A DNA stretch of 64,000 nucleotides. Source: Armatimonadota bacterium (GTDB lineage Bacteria > Armatimonadota > SYMT01). This document shows, piece by piece, positions 1 through 8,778 of this stretch. The notes under the pieces are model-generated. The model ran no database searches, had not been told where the DNA came from, and saw only the letters and a program-made list of their open reading frames with translations. Where the stretch lies: assembly GCA_041690135.1 (NCBI GenBank), contig JAWLHY010000010.1, positions 288,001 through 352,000 of the forward strand, written 5' to 3'. Within the stretch, counting starts at the first letter, position 1. Each line of letters starts with the position of its first letter. A program made the translations under genes and the position numbers.

Positions 1-196
1 CCTGCTGCGGACGGGAGACGTGAAGTTTAGCGTGGAGAAGGCCTCCACCACGCTGGTGGGCGCCGTGACCAGCGGCGAAGGGCTCCTACAGGTATTCCGC
101 GGCACCGGCAAAGTGTGGCTGGCGCCCACACAGCCGGCTTACAACAGCCTGGGCGGTTTCGGAGCGCTCCATACCCTGGCTGCCGGGACCAGCTAA
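1..196 (+). CDS. AIM24-family protein, C-terminal part (truncated by window edge)
   Basis: Frame 2 reads LLRTGDVKFSVEKASTTLVGAVTSGEGLLQVFRGTGKVWLAP...TAA; SGEGL..F.GTG.VW is the typical AIM24 C-terminal motif. Confidence 0.75.
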   Translation, partial: LLRTGDVKFSVEKASTTLVGAVTSGEGLLQVFRGTGKVWLAPTQPAYNSLGGFGALHTLAAGTS

Positions 197-361
197 GAGC
201 CCGTCTAAGAAGTGGAGTAGCGGCCTACGACTGGCTGCGAGCGGAGCATGCGTCGTCGGGCCACCAGGCACGGTCATGCTTCGAGAACGAGCCCGGCGTC
301 CCTCCTAGCCTGCCCCGCTCTCGCTCAGTCTCGGCTTCGCTCCCATTTCTTAGACAGGCTC
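197..361. mobile_element. MITE, 165 bp, IS5-family (IS1031-like) ends
   Basis: Terminal inverted repeats GAGCCCGTCTAAGAA (197-211) and TTCTTAGACAGGCTC (347-361), 14/15 match; flanked by TAA at 194-196 and 362-364; no transposase ORF. Confidence 0.75.
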
Positions 362-405
362 TAAGGGACTGCTCAACAAGAGCCGCTACAGCTGGGCGAG
401 TGACG

Positions 406-502
406 ACCCACAAGTGGGTGCCCCGGCTACACAAGGCGACTGCCCACACCCACTCTGTGGGTACCCGGCGCCCGCACCCACACCCACACCGTGGGTACCC
501 GG
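406..502. repeat. Three REP-like palindromes ACCCAC-N2-3-GTGGGT(A/G)CCC
   Basis: Copies at 406-426, 448-468 and 482-502. Confidence 0.7.
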
Positions 503-604
503 GCGTAAACCTTCGTCGGCTGGGGACCCTGTAGTGGTTATACTTTGACAATCCCTAACTCCCGAAGTGAACCAGGGGCGCCGGAGGATCCACAATGACT
601 GCGT

Positions 605-1246
605 ATGAACGCTGCTGAACCTGTATCCCCCGGCGCTCCCACTCAACCGCGGCGACCGGCCATGCTCACGAGCTCGCTTGTGGCCGGAGCATTGCTGGTC
701 GCCTTGCAGATATTCGAGTGGAACCTGGTCGACCTCCTCACCCCCTTCGTGGCGCCGCTGCTAGCACTGCCGGTCCTTGGCCTGTTTATCCTGATTAGCC
801 TCGGCGCCCTGGTAGAAGGCGTCACCGGTCTGTGGCGGCGACAACCGCGGCGCCTGCAGCCGCTGGGCGTGTGCCTCGCCGCCTTCGGAATTGCCTTCGG
901 GGTGCCGTGGACGGACGTGATGCTGGATGTGGACTTCCGGCTGCACCGCCGGGCGCGCGAGGAGGTGGTGCGTATGGTCCACGCGGAGGAGTTGAAGCCC
1001 GATGCGCGTTTTGGAACCGGTCTTATCCAACTCCCCGAACGTTACCGGCACCTTTCGTCCGGAGGCGGAGAGATCGTGCTGGACGGATTCGACGTGCTCT
1101 TTTACACCTACCGCGGAACTCTGGACAACTTTTCCGGCTTTGTTTACAGTCCCAGCGGAGAGCCTCCTCCACCCCAGAAGTTCGGTGGAGTACTGCGGAA
1201 GGTAACTCGCAAGGACGCTCACTGGTTCTGGGTATCCGCCAGTTGA
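605..1246 (+). CDS. Hypothetical membrane protein
   Basis: 213-aa ORF with about 3 hydrophobic helices followed by a soluble domain; start may be 662. Confidence 0.7.
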   Translation: MNAAEPVSPGAPTQPRRPAMLTSSLVAGALLVALQIFEWNLVDLLTPFVAPLLALPVLGLFILISLGALVEGVTGLWRRQPRRLQPLGVCLAAFGIAFGVPWTDVMLDVDFRLHRRAREEVVRMVHAEELKPDARFGTGLIQLPERYRHLSSGGGEIVLDGFDVLFYTYRGTLDNFSGFVYSPSGEPPPPQKFGGVLRKVTRKDAHWFWVSAS

Positions 1247-1336
1247 GGCAGTTTTTTGGAAACGGGGTCCATCGTTGCTCTCAGAACAAGCGTGCGGCAG
1301 GATAGGGCTCTTCAGCGGGCACACAGGAGTCCCGGA

Positions 1337-1807
1337 ATGGACGAACTTCCAATGGAACGCCTGGCGCAAGCCGTTAAGGAGAAGTGGCTGGAATTGGGCT
1401 TGCGCTTGATCCCAGGCGCAACGGAGGCTGAGTTTAATGCCTTCGAACAACAACACGGTGCGATCCTGCCGCCGGACGTTCGCTGCTTTCTTCAAACGGT
1501 TGGCGGCCTGGAAGAGTGCGCCTGGGACAATGAGATGGTGGACTGGTACTCGCTTGACCGTTGGGAGCGACTGGCAACCACCTACGCAATTCCCGAGGAG
1601 ATTGAGCACAAGAACGATTACTTCGTGTTTGCGGACTACAGCCTGAGAGCCATCCTCTATGCCGTGCGCCTCGGTCCTACACCTGGAACTGCGAGCCGCG
1701 TTCTGGGTCACACGGGTGGTGGGCGCATACCCTACTGGTATCTCGCCGATTCTTTCACCGAATTGATCGAGGCCTATCTCCGCGATTCATCCATTGTGTT
1801 GGGATAA
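1337..1807 (+). CDS. SMI1/KNR4 (SUKH) family protein
   Basis: GATEAEFNAFEQQHGAILPPDVRCFLQTVGG motif; AGGAG upstream of ATG 1337. Confidence 0.85.
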   Translation: MDELPMERLAQAVKEKWLELGLRLIPGATEAEFNAFEQQHGAILPPDVRCFLQTVGGLEECAWDNEMVDWYSLDRWERLATTYAIPEEIEHKNDYFVFADYSLRAILYAVRLGPTPGTASRVLGHTGGGRIPYWYLADSFTELIEAYLRDSSIVLG

Positions 1808-1897
1808 CATCGCCCGCCGCGGTTAGGTTGGAGACAGGAAACGTGCCCCCGAGCCCCGAACAGTCCGTTAATTGACGGACGACCGAGGGCTTTAAGG

Positions 1898-3175
1898 ATG
1901 CTGCGCCTGATCCTGATCGTGTGCGTGATGTTGTGCTGCACCGCCGCTCCCGCCGCGGCGGAGATCCTGGTGGGAGCCGGAAAGCGGGGGATCACCCCCA
2001 ATCCCCTGCTGCCCGTTTCCGGCGGGTTGGGCCCCACTCGCCCCGCCCGTGAGAAGCGTGGCGACCTCACCGCCCGTGCCCTGTACCTGAAGCGCGGGGA
2101 CACCGCGGTCGCAATTGTGAGCCTCGACCTGCTGGGGTTCCCCTCCGTGCTGGCGGAGCGGGTCCGCGCACGGGTACCGCGTATCCCTGCCGAGAACATC
2201 CTGATCGGCGCGACGCACACCCACAGCGCTCCGGACTGCTACGCCTTCCCGGACGGCAAAGGGGGCCACACCGGCGACCTGGCCTACATGGACCGGGTGT
2301 GCGTGCTCGCGGCGGAAGCAATCAACGCGGCCATCGATGCCGCCCAGCCTGCCCGGATCCGGATTGCCACCGGCGAGGCACGAGGCAAGCTGGCGTACAA
2401 CTTCTACGCGCCGGACCTGTACGACCGCCGGATGAGCGTGGTCCAGGCCGTGACCCCCGCCGGCAAAACCCTTGCCACCCTCGTAAACTACGCCATCCAC
2501 CCCGAGGTGCTCGGCAACGATATCGGCATCCTGAGCCCCGACCTGTGCGGACCGCTCTACGACCGCATCGAGGAGCGGGCGGGCGGCATGGCCCTCTTTA
2601 TGAACGGCGCCCAGGGCGGGATGATCACGGCCGATAACCGGGACCTGGAGAAGCCGAAGGATGCCCTCCGCGGTTACTGGGAAGACAAACGCACCTGGGA
2701 AGAATGCCTGCGGATCGGTCACACCCTGGCGGACGAAGCGCTGCGCCTGGTGAAGGATGCGCCGGTGGAGGCGGACCCCGGCCTCCTGTGCCGAAGTATG
2801 ATGGTGACCCTGCCGGTGGAGTCCGACGCGATCTGGGGGGTGGTCCAGCATTCGCCGCTCAAGTACCCACACGGGAAGGACCGTACCGTCCGCACCCGGG
2901 TCAACCTGATCAACCTCGGGACGGCCCAAATCTTGACCATCCCCGGCGAAGCGCTCCCGAACATCGGCTTCTACCTGAAGCGGAAGATGCGGGGCAAGCA
3001 CCAGCTCCTCTTCGGCCTCACCAACGACGCCTTTGGCTACATCCTGACGAAGGTGGACTTCAATAGCTTTCCCCGCTACGACTACGTTTCGCGCACCTCA
3101 CTGGGCGAGATGACCGGTGAGATCTTGATCGAGAAGTGGCTGGAGTTGGTACGGACCAGCCCCGGGCCGGATTAA
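1898..3175 (+). CDS. Neutral/alkaline ceramidase-like secreted hydrolase
   Basis: Signal peptide; ILIGATHTHSAP, VNYAIHPEV and NGAQG motifs. Confidence 0.8.
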   Translation: MLRLILIVCVMLCCTAAPAAAEILVGAGKRGITPNPLLPVSGGLGPTRPAREKRGDLTARALYLKRGDTAVAIVSLDLLGFPSVLAERVRARVPRIPAENILIGATHTHSAPDCYAFPDGKGGHTGDLAYMDRVCVLAAEAINAAIDAAQPARIRIATGEARGKLAYNFYAPDLYDRRMSVVQAVTPAGKTLATLVNYAIHPEVLGNDIGILSPDLCGPLYDRIEERAGGMALFMNGAQGGMITADNRDLEKPKDALRGYWEDKRTWEECLRIGHTLADEALRLVKDAPVEADPGLLCRSMMVTLPVESDAIWGVVQHSPLKYPHGKDRTVRTRVNLINLGTAQILTIPGEALPNIGFYLKRKMRGKHQLLFGLTNDAFGYILTKVDFNSFPRYDYVSRTSLGEMTGEILIEKWLELVRTSPGPD

Positions 3176-3399
3176 GATTCGGATGAGGATTAGGATGAAG
3201 AGGGATGGGTGCGGCGGCGGGAGGGATGCGCGTTTGGCATTCCGCCGCAAGACTTTGACACAGAGGGACACGGAGGGGAACGAGAAGGGACACAAATTCT
3301 CCTCCGGACACAAGGTTGCCACCAGGCCGTTCGTTAGACTCTTCGACGACGGGGCCGGCTACACCACCCGGTGAAGAATGCCGACGCTCTGGATCAGGT

Positions 3400-4056
3400 A
3401 TGAACACCCGCATCATTCTTGCTGGTGGGGGCGATGAACGGGATTCGCGACCGCTGGATGAGAATTTCGCTCGCTGGATCGGCGTGACGGGACGGCTGCT
3501 TTATCTGCCGGTGGCCATGGAGGGCTCGTCCAGGGTGTTCGCCGTCTGCTGCGAATGGATCGAGGGTGTTTTCCGGCCGCTTGGGGTGATCGATATTACG
3601 ATGTGGACCAACCTTCGCCAGCACGCGCCTGACGAACTGGACGGCTTCACGGCCCTTTACCTCGGTGGCGGCAACACCTACCGGCTGCTCCACGAGATCC
3701 GCGCGGCCGCATTCGCGGAGGCAATCCAAGATTTCGTCGCCGGCGGCGGACCCGTGTATGGCGGAAGCGCGGGCGCGATCCTGCTGGGCCGCGACATCGG
3801 CACCTGCGCCCACATGGACGCCAACACCGTGGGACTAAAGGACACCCGCGGACTCGACCAGATCTCCGGACACGCAGTGTGGTGTCACTACCGGCCATCG
3901 GACGACCCCATGATCCACACCTACTGCCGGAAACAGGAGATACCCGTCCTGGCCGTGGCGGAGCGCGGCGGTGTGGAGATCGAAGGCGACCGGCTCGTGG
4001 CCTGCGGGTACGAGCCCGTGTTCCGGTTCGAAGCCGGAGAAAAGCAAGCGATCTAG
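3400..4056 (+). CDS. Peptidase S51 (peptidase E-like, class I glutamine amidotransferase fold)
   Basis: LYLGGGNTYRLL and YGGSAGA catalytic Ser motif; downstream His in WCHY. Confidence 0.85.
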   Translation: MNTRIILAGGGDERDSRPLDENFARWIGVTGRLLYLPVAMEGSSRVFAVCCEWIEGVFRPLGVIDITMWTNLRQHAPDELDGFTALYLGGGNTYRLLHEIRAAAFAEAIQDFVAGGGPVYGGSAGAILLGRDIGTCAHMDANTVGLKDTRGLDQISGHAVWCHYRPSDDPMIHTYCRKQEIPVLAVAERGGVEIEGDRLVACGYEPVFRFEAGEKQAI

Positions 4057-4140
4057 GCGCATCTGCCCCTATCCATTTGCCAGCTCTGAAATTCCGAAGG
4101 CCAGGGCGGCTCCGCCGACCGTTAGCAAGGAGGAACCGGA

Positions 4141-4770
4141 ATGTCCCTGCGCGCCTACATCACCTCCTTTGACCTCCAGAAAATGCAGTCCCTGCTCGGC
4201 AGCCGGAAAGAAAGCACCGTTCAGACTGCCGCGAAGATTCTGCGGGAGGAGTTCGATCTGGATGCACTCGACGAAGATGAGGCTGCCGAGTATGCGGAGA
4301 GGATCGAGGCAATCCTGGCCATCTGCCGGCGAGCCGTTGATGAAGGGGTGCCGTTCCCGGACCTAAAGGAAGAAAACGAGGACCACGTGACCGCCGCGGA
4401 AACGCTGGCGGTGGTGGGACAGAAACACGGGTATACCTCGTTCGAAGACTGGAAGGTGACCCAGGCCTTCTATCCGCTACTCCACGACTATTCGGCGGCG
4501 CTATCGCCTCGCGGGCGGGAACTGCTGACGTTCCTCGATGAAGGCCGCCCGCTTTTCGGCCGCAAGCTCGAGACCGGCTGGTCCTACTACGCTTACCTCA
4601 CCGCCGACGAGGTAAAGGAGCTCCACGCCGCGCTCGTGGCACTCCAGGAAAGCCACCCGGAACTGAAAGGGGAAGAGTACCTGGGTGGCTTCGTGGAGTC
4701 GCTGGTCGAGGCGCTCGCCGGAATCTCGCGCAAGCGGAAGGCGCGCGATCTCTGGCTGGAAGCCGGCTGA
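4141..4770 (+). CDS. Acidic hypothetical protein (possibly immunity-like)
   Basis: 209-aa ORF with AGGAGG RBS and coding-like codon usage. Confidence 0.7.
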   Translation: MSLRAYITSFDLQKMQSLLGSRKESTVQTAAKILREEFDLDALDEDEAAEYAERIEAILAICRRAVDEGVPFPDLKEENEDHVTAAETLAVVGQKHGYTSFEDWKVTQAFYPLLHDYSAALSPRGRELLTFLDEGRPLFGRKLETGWSYYAYLTADEVKELHAALVALQESHPELKGEEYLGGFVESLVEALAGISRKRKARDLWLEAG

Positions 4771-4772
4771 TA

Positions 4773-5708
4773 TTAGCCTCGCCGGGAGCGCTTTGCCAGG
4801 GCCGCCTCCTTCATCATTTGCTGGAGTGGACGAAACTGCGCCTCCAGGAGGCCCGCCACTTCCTTGCCCGCACCCTCGGGTGTTCCGGCCTGGAACGGGG
4901 GCTGCGGGTCGTACTCGGTACTGAGCTGCAGAGCACGAGCCATTCGCTCGCTGCGGAGCCGTGCCGCGAGCTGCAGCGCGAAGTCCACGCCCGCCGTGAC
5001 CCCCGCCCCCGTCATGCGGTTGCGGTCCTCCACCACGCGCGCTTTCACGGGAGTCGCTCCGAAGAGGGGCAACACCGAGTCGCGGAGCGCCCAGTGAGAC
5101 GTAGCTTTGTAACCCTGGAGCAGGCCCGCCGCCCCCAGCACCAGCGATCCCGTGCACACGCTCGTCACCCACTGGGCGGTCTTGCCCCGAGAGGCGACGA
5201 AGTCCAGCACCTCGTCATCCTGCATCACCGCCAGGGTACCCGGGCCACCACCCGGGACCAGCAGCACCGCCAGGTTCTCGGGACACTCGGCAAAAGTCTT
5301 CGTCGGAAGGATCGGCACTCCCGAGTCGCTCACCACCGGCTTCGCGGTATCTTTCCACACCAGGTGGACTTCCACGTTCCCCATCCCCGCCAGAATCTGC
5401 TGCGGCCCGATGAGGTCGAGGGCGGTCATTTGTGGATAGACCAGCATCGCGATCTGCTGGGGCGGCCCCTCCGGGATCCCGAACCGCTCCCGGATCTCCT
5501 GGGGAATGCGCTCCGGAGTTTCCGGTTTGGGCGGGGCGGACGGCTCCGGCGCCGGGGTTTCCGCCGCTTCGAACGCCAGGGCGGCGCTATTGCCCGCGGC
5601 GAGCCCTGCAACTGCGGAGGTCGACACCGCGAGACCGATTGCCCGCCGCACCAACTCCCGCCGGTTCATCTCGCCCCTATTCCCGCTCGAAAGCGTCTGC
5701 CGCTTCAT
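4773..5708 (-). CDS. DJ-1/PfpI family protein (isonitrile hydratase-like) with twin-arginine signal
   Basis: MNRRELVRR signal; LDLIGP, VPGGGPG, TSVCTGSLVLGAAGLL, GAGVTAGVD and EYDPQPPF motifs; start could be 5708 or 5669. Confidence 0.88.
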   Translation of the reverse strand: MKRQTLSSGNRGEMNRRELVRRAIGLAVSTSAVAGLAAGNSAALAFEAAETPAPEPSAPPKPETPERIPQEIRERFGIPEGPPQQIAMLVYPQMTALDLIGPQQILAGMGNVEVHLVWKDTAKPVVSDSGVPILPTKTFAECPENLAVLLVPGGGPGTLAVMQDDEVLDFVASRGKTAQWVTSVCTGSLVLGAAGLLQGYKATSHWALRDSVLPLFGATPVKARVVEDRNRMTGAGVTAGVDFALQLAARLRSERMARALQLSTEYDPQPPFQAGTPEGAGKEVAGLLEAQFRPLQQMMKEAALAKRSRRG

Positions 5709-5780
5709 TTCCTGTCCCTTCCCTTTCGATGAAACTGTCATCCCGACGCTGCTGCCCGCGATCTACTTCGGGACACCAAT

Positions 5781-5827
5781 ATACCCACAGGGGGTATCCA
5801 TCTAGAGCATATACCCCCCGTAGGTAT
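5781..5827. promoter_or_regulatory. Tandem CsoR/RcnR-family operator-like boxes
   Basis: ATACCCACAGGGGGTAT (5781-5797) and ATACCCCCCGTAGGTAT (5811-5827): ATAC/GTAT inverted ends around C/G tracts, 30 bp apart. Confidence 0.65.
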
Positions 5828-5993
5828 AAAGTCAACGGGTGGGGCTATGGGAGTGAAGCATTTCACAGGGAGGGCGAATCCCACCTGGTGCGTGATTTCT
5901 AATCGTGCACCGACTAGCGACCGCCGCGGACCTGCTATCGAACGCAGCGTCGATCGGTGCATTGTTGTGGGCACTTCTATCGAGGTGTAACTT

Positions 5994-6527
5994 ATGCCAC
6001 GACTGCCTCTTGGCGACAGCCGCTGGCGCGATCTTGCCTTCCGCACATGCGGGGATGCCGATGACCCGGACATCCCGGCAGAACTCGCCCAACTGCTGTC
6101 CGACCCTCAAGACCTGGAGAGGTTCCACGATCTCTGGCCCTACCTCTGCTCGGAAGGAACGACCTGGGAGGCAGCCTATGCGGCTGTGCCATGGATCGTG
6201 GAGATCGCCAGGCATTTGCCGCCGGACCAGCGTCCGGAGTACCTGGTCTTCGTCGGCCTCGCTGCCAGGTGCGAGTGCCCGGACAGAGGCGCCGGTTTCG
6301 TAGTGCGAGACTACCTGGCCGACGAGTATAAACGAGCGAAGGCGGAGGCCCTATCGCTTCTCGCCGCTACCCTGCTGCGCGAACACGACGCTGGGGAAAC
6401 CCGCTACCTTCTGGCTGCGGCAGCCGCGCTGAAGGGTTACCGAGAACTTGGGGACGTCATCGAATCCCTGGATTGTGGTACCATCTGCCCGGCTTGTGGG
6501 ACCGACATCGATTTGCTCGAGACGTGA
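5994..6527 (+). CDS. Hypothetical helical protein with C-terminal CxxC
   Basis: 177-aa ORF, GAGGT RBS; LCSEGTTWEAAYAAVP; C-terminal CPACG. Confidence 0.7.
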   Translation: MPRLPLGDSRWRDLAFRTCGDADDPDIPAELAQLLSDPQDLERFHDLWPYLCSEGTTWEAAYAAVPWIVEIARHLPPDQRPEYLVFVGLAARCECPDRGAGFVVRDYLADEYKRAKAEALSLLAATLLREHDAGETRYLLAAAAALKGYRELGDVIESLDCGTICPACGTDIDLLET

Positions 6528-6569
6528 TTGGCCGCTAATGCCCCTGTACCACTCTGATTGCTCATTTCC

Positions 6570-6932
6570 TTATCTTTGTCGCGCGAGCATCAGGCGGTAG
6601 GTCCATCTCCAGAGGTGGAACTGGCACTCCCGCCCCTCCGACCACGGCAGGGGCGCACCGGCCGCGGCGCCGGGGAGCGGCTCGCCCTGAAGAGGTCGCT
6701 GGTAGAAGCTGAACCAGGGGCCGCGCGGATATGGATAAGGAGCATTGTAGACCTCGGCCACGGCGATCCATCCGCCCACGCGCAACCCGCAGGGCACCAC
6801 CACCGGCAACAGGGGAACGACCAGGAGGCACAGCAGCAGGAAGGCCGCCACAAAGAGGGCCAGGCGGGTCCAGCGGGAAGCCCTGGTTCTCCTGACATTT
6901 GTGCTGGTGTCGACAGGGTGGTTCAGGGACAT
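6570..6932 (-). CDS. Small hypothetical membrane protein
   Basis: One strong TM helix; start uncertain (6932, or upstream to 7100). Confidence 0.45.
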   Translation of the reverse strand: MSLNHPVDTSTNVRRTRASRWTRLALFVAAFLLLCLLVVPLLPVVVPCGLRVGGWIAVAEVYNAPYPYPRGPWFSFYQRPLQGEPLPGAAAGAPLPWSEGRECQFHLWRWTYRLMLARQR

Positions 6933-7163
6933 GGGATCGGTGGTCGTGCAGGATGAGCTTGAGACGTGATCCCCGTCTCGCGTGCCAGAGGTGAGTCCCG
7001 TGGCGGGAGAAGCACCTCGATCAGGAACGTGAAACGTAAAACGTAATGCGTGAAGTCTGGGGCAGAGGTTGGGTCCGATTTCGCTGTTTCGGGGCGGCAT
7101 ACCGTTGGCAGCGAAGCGGGGGACGCCAGTGTTACTACGGAATAAAGCCAGGAGAGTGAGCCA

Positions 7164-7805
7164 TCAGCACGACGTCAACTTGAGGCGTTGGATGACCTCC
7201 GGATCTCCAGGCAGATAGACGTGCTCTTCCGGGGTGACCAGGTCGGGATAGCCGGGTGTGGCGAGGTGTTCCCGCTGCTCGGCCACGAAGGCGCTGATAT
7301 CCTGGATTTCCAGGACGGCGCGGCGGCCGTACTCCTCCAGCACCGGACCCCGCAGCCCGAGTTGGATGGCCCGCCGGGCGAGGGGTCCCCCTTTGGGGCT
7401 GTGGTCGGGATCCCACTGCAGCCGCACGCGGGATCGGCCGACCGCTCGCTTCCAGGCGGAATCGTCCGGGTACAGATCGCGGTCGGGGGTCGACGGGACG
7501 GCCTGCGCGAGGAGCGCCTCGAAGAAGTCGCGGCGCAGGCGGACTGCCAGGGTGATTTCCTGGTTTAGCTTGGTCCCCCACCCCGAACGATACATCATCC
7601 AGAGGAAGTTGGTCTTGATCCAGCTCATCCGCGTGTAGCTGAAGACGCCGCCGAAGTACCCGTGGGCGGCGGCAAACTCCCCGATGGCGGGCGAGTACGC
7701 CTGGTAGACGATCACCGAATCCGTGTCGAACTGGGCCAGGATATGCCGGCCCTCCGCCGGCCAGCGCGCACGTTGTTCCCGATAGTTCTGCAGCCGCAGG
7801 TTCAT
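7164..7805 (-). CDS. DUF4291 family protein
   Basis: VIVYQAYSPAIG, RMSWIKTNFLWMMYRSGWGTK, VRLQWDPDH and RRAIQLGLRG motifs. Confidence 0.9.
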   Translation of the reverse strand: MNLRLQNYREQRARWPAEGRHILAQFDTDSVIVYQAYSPAIGEFAAAHGYFGGVFSYTRMSWIKTNFLWMMYRSGWGTKLNQEITLAVRLRRDFFEALLAQAVPSTPDRDLYPDDSAWKRAVGRSRVRLQWDPDHSPKGGPLARRAIQLGLRGPVLEEYGRRAVLEIQDISAFVAEQREHLATPGYPDLVTPEEHVYLPGDPEVIQRLKLTSC

Positions 7806-7843
7806 ATCCGCTGTATCGCCTCGAAAGGTGGAACCATTCAACG

Positions 7844-8461
7844 ATGCTGGTCTACACCCGTCCCGAAGAAGAAGCTCCGGACTCGGAACCGTACGAGGCT
7901 TACCTGGAGCGAATCCGGTCCACGGACTTTCGACGCTCGCCCGACCTCCCGCGTTACTTCGTCCTGGACTTCTTTAACGACGGAGCCTTCGAGCGTTTCG
8001 ACTACGAGCCCCACGAGAACACGCTGGTACTGGAAATGGAGTCGGTCTACGCGCTCAACGACGTGTACGACCTCCGCGCCCGGCACGGACTGCCGCGGGT
8101 GATGCCGCACCGCTGTGAGGACTTCCGCTATGTCTGCACCTTTCGCGACGTGGCCTATCTCCAGGTGCGCCGCAAGCCGATGCAGATCGAGAAGGCCGAA
8201 ACCGGCGAAACGACCGAGATCATTCCCCGCGGCCGGTTTCCGGACGACTACCAGTACGGGCGGATTCTCAACTCCTCTTTGTGCCGTGAACTGGAGACGC
8301 AGGCCGGGATCCCGCTCTTCCACCTGCACTTCGTCACCGGCTGGGCGAAACAGGTGGACGTGATCTTCGGTAAAGTGTCGGTTCGAAAGTCGAACACCGT
8401 GAAATACGAAAGCTACACCGGCGGGAAGCGAGTCAAGCTAAGCCACGTGTTTCGTGGTTAG
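7844..8461 (+). CDS. Hypothetical protein
   Basis: 205-aa ORF with coding-like codon bias. Confidence 0.7.
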   Translation: MLVYTRPEEEAPDSEPYEAYLERIRSTDFRRSPDLPRYFVLDFFNDGAFERFDYEPHENTLVLEMESVYALNDVYDLRARHGLPRVMPHRCEDFRYVCTFRDVAYLQVRRKPMQIEKAETGETTEIIPRGRFPDDYQYGRILNSSLCRELETQAGIPLFHLHFVTGWAKQVDVIFGKVSVRKSNTVKYESYTGGKRVKLSHVFRG

Positions 8462-8778
8462 TCGGCGGTGAGAACGATCTGGCGGTAGTTGCGCATCGGT
8501 CTGAGCAGCAATTGCTGGGAATACCTATCGCACCCAACCAACACAGGTCTCGCCCAATATCCGAGCATATGGTAATCAGCCTGCCGCTGCGTGGGGCAGG
8601 AAACGCCTGTCCTTCTGTCGAACGGTCAGCCAGCCAACCTGGTAACCGTGTCGTCTATCGCCGGATGAGATTGGCGCCAATTGTATCTCCACTTTGCGGT
8701 TCTCTGCGCTCTTCGCGTCCCCGTTCGGGCCCGTATGGGTCTTGCGGTGAACTCCTTACCCGATCCCGATACTGAACC

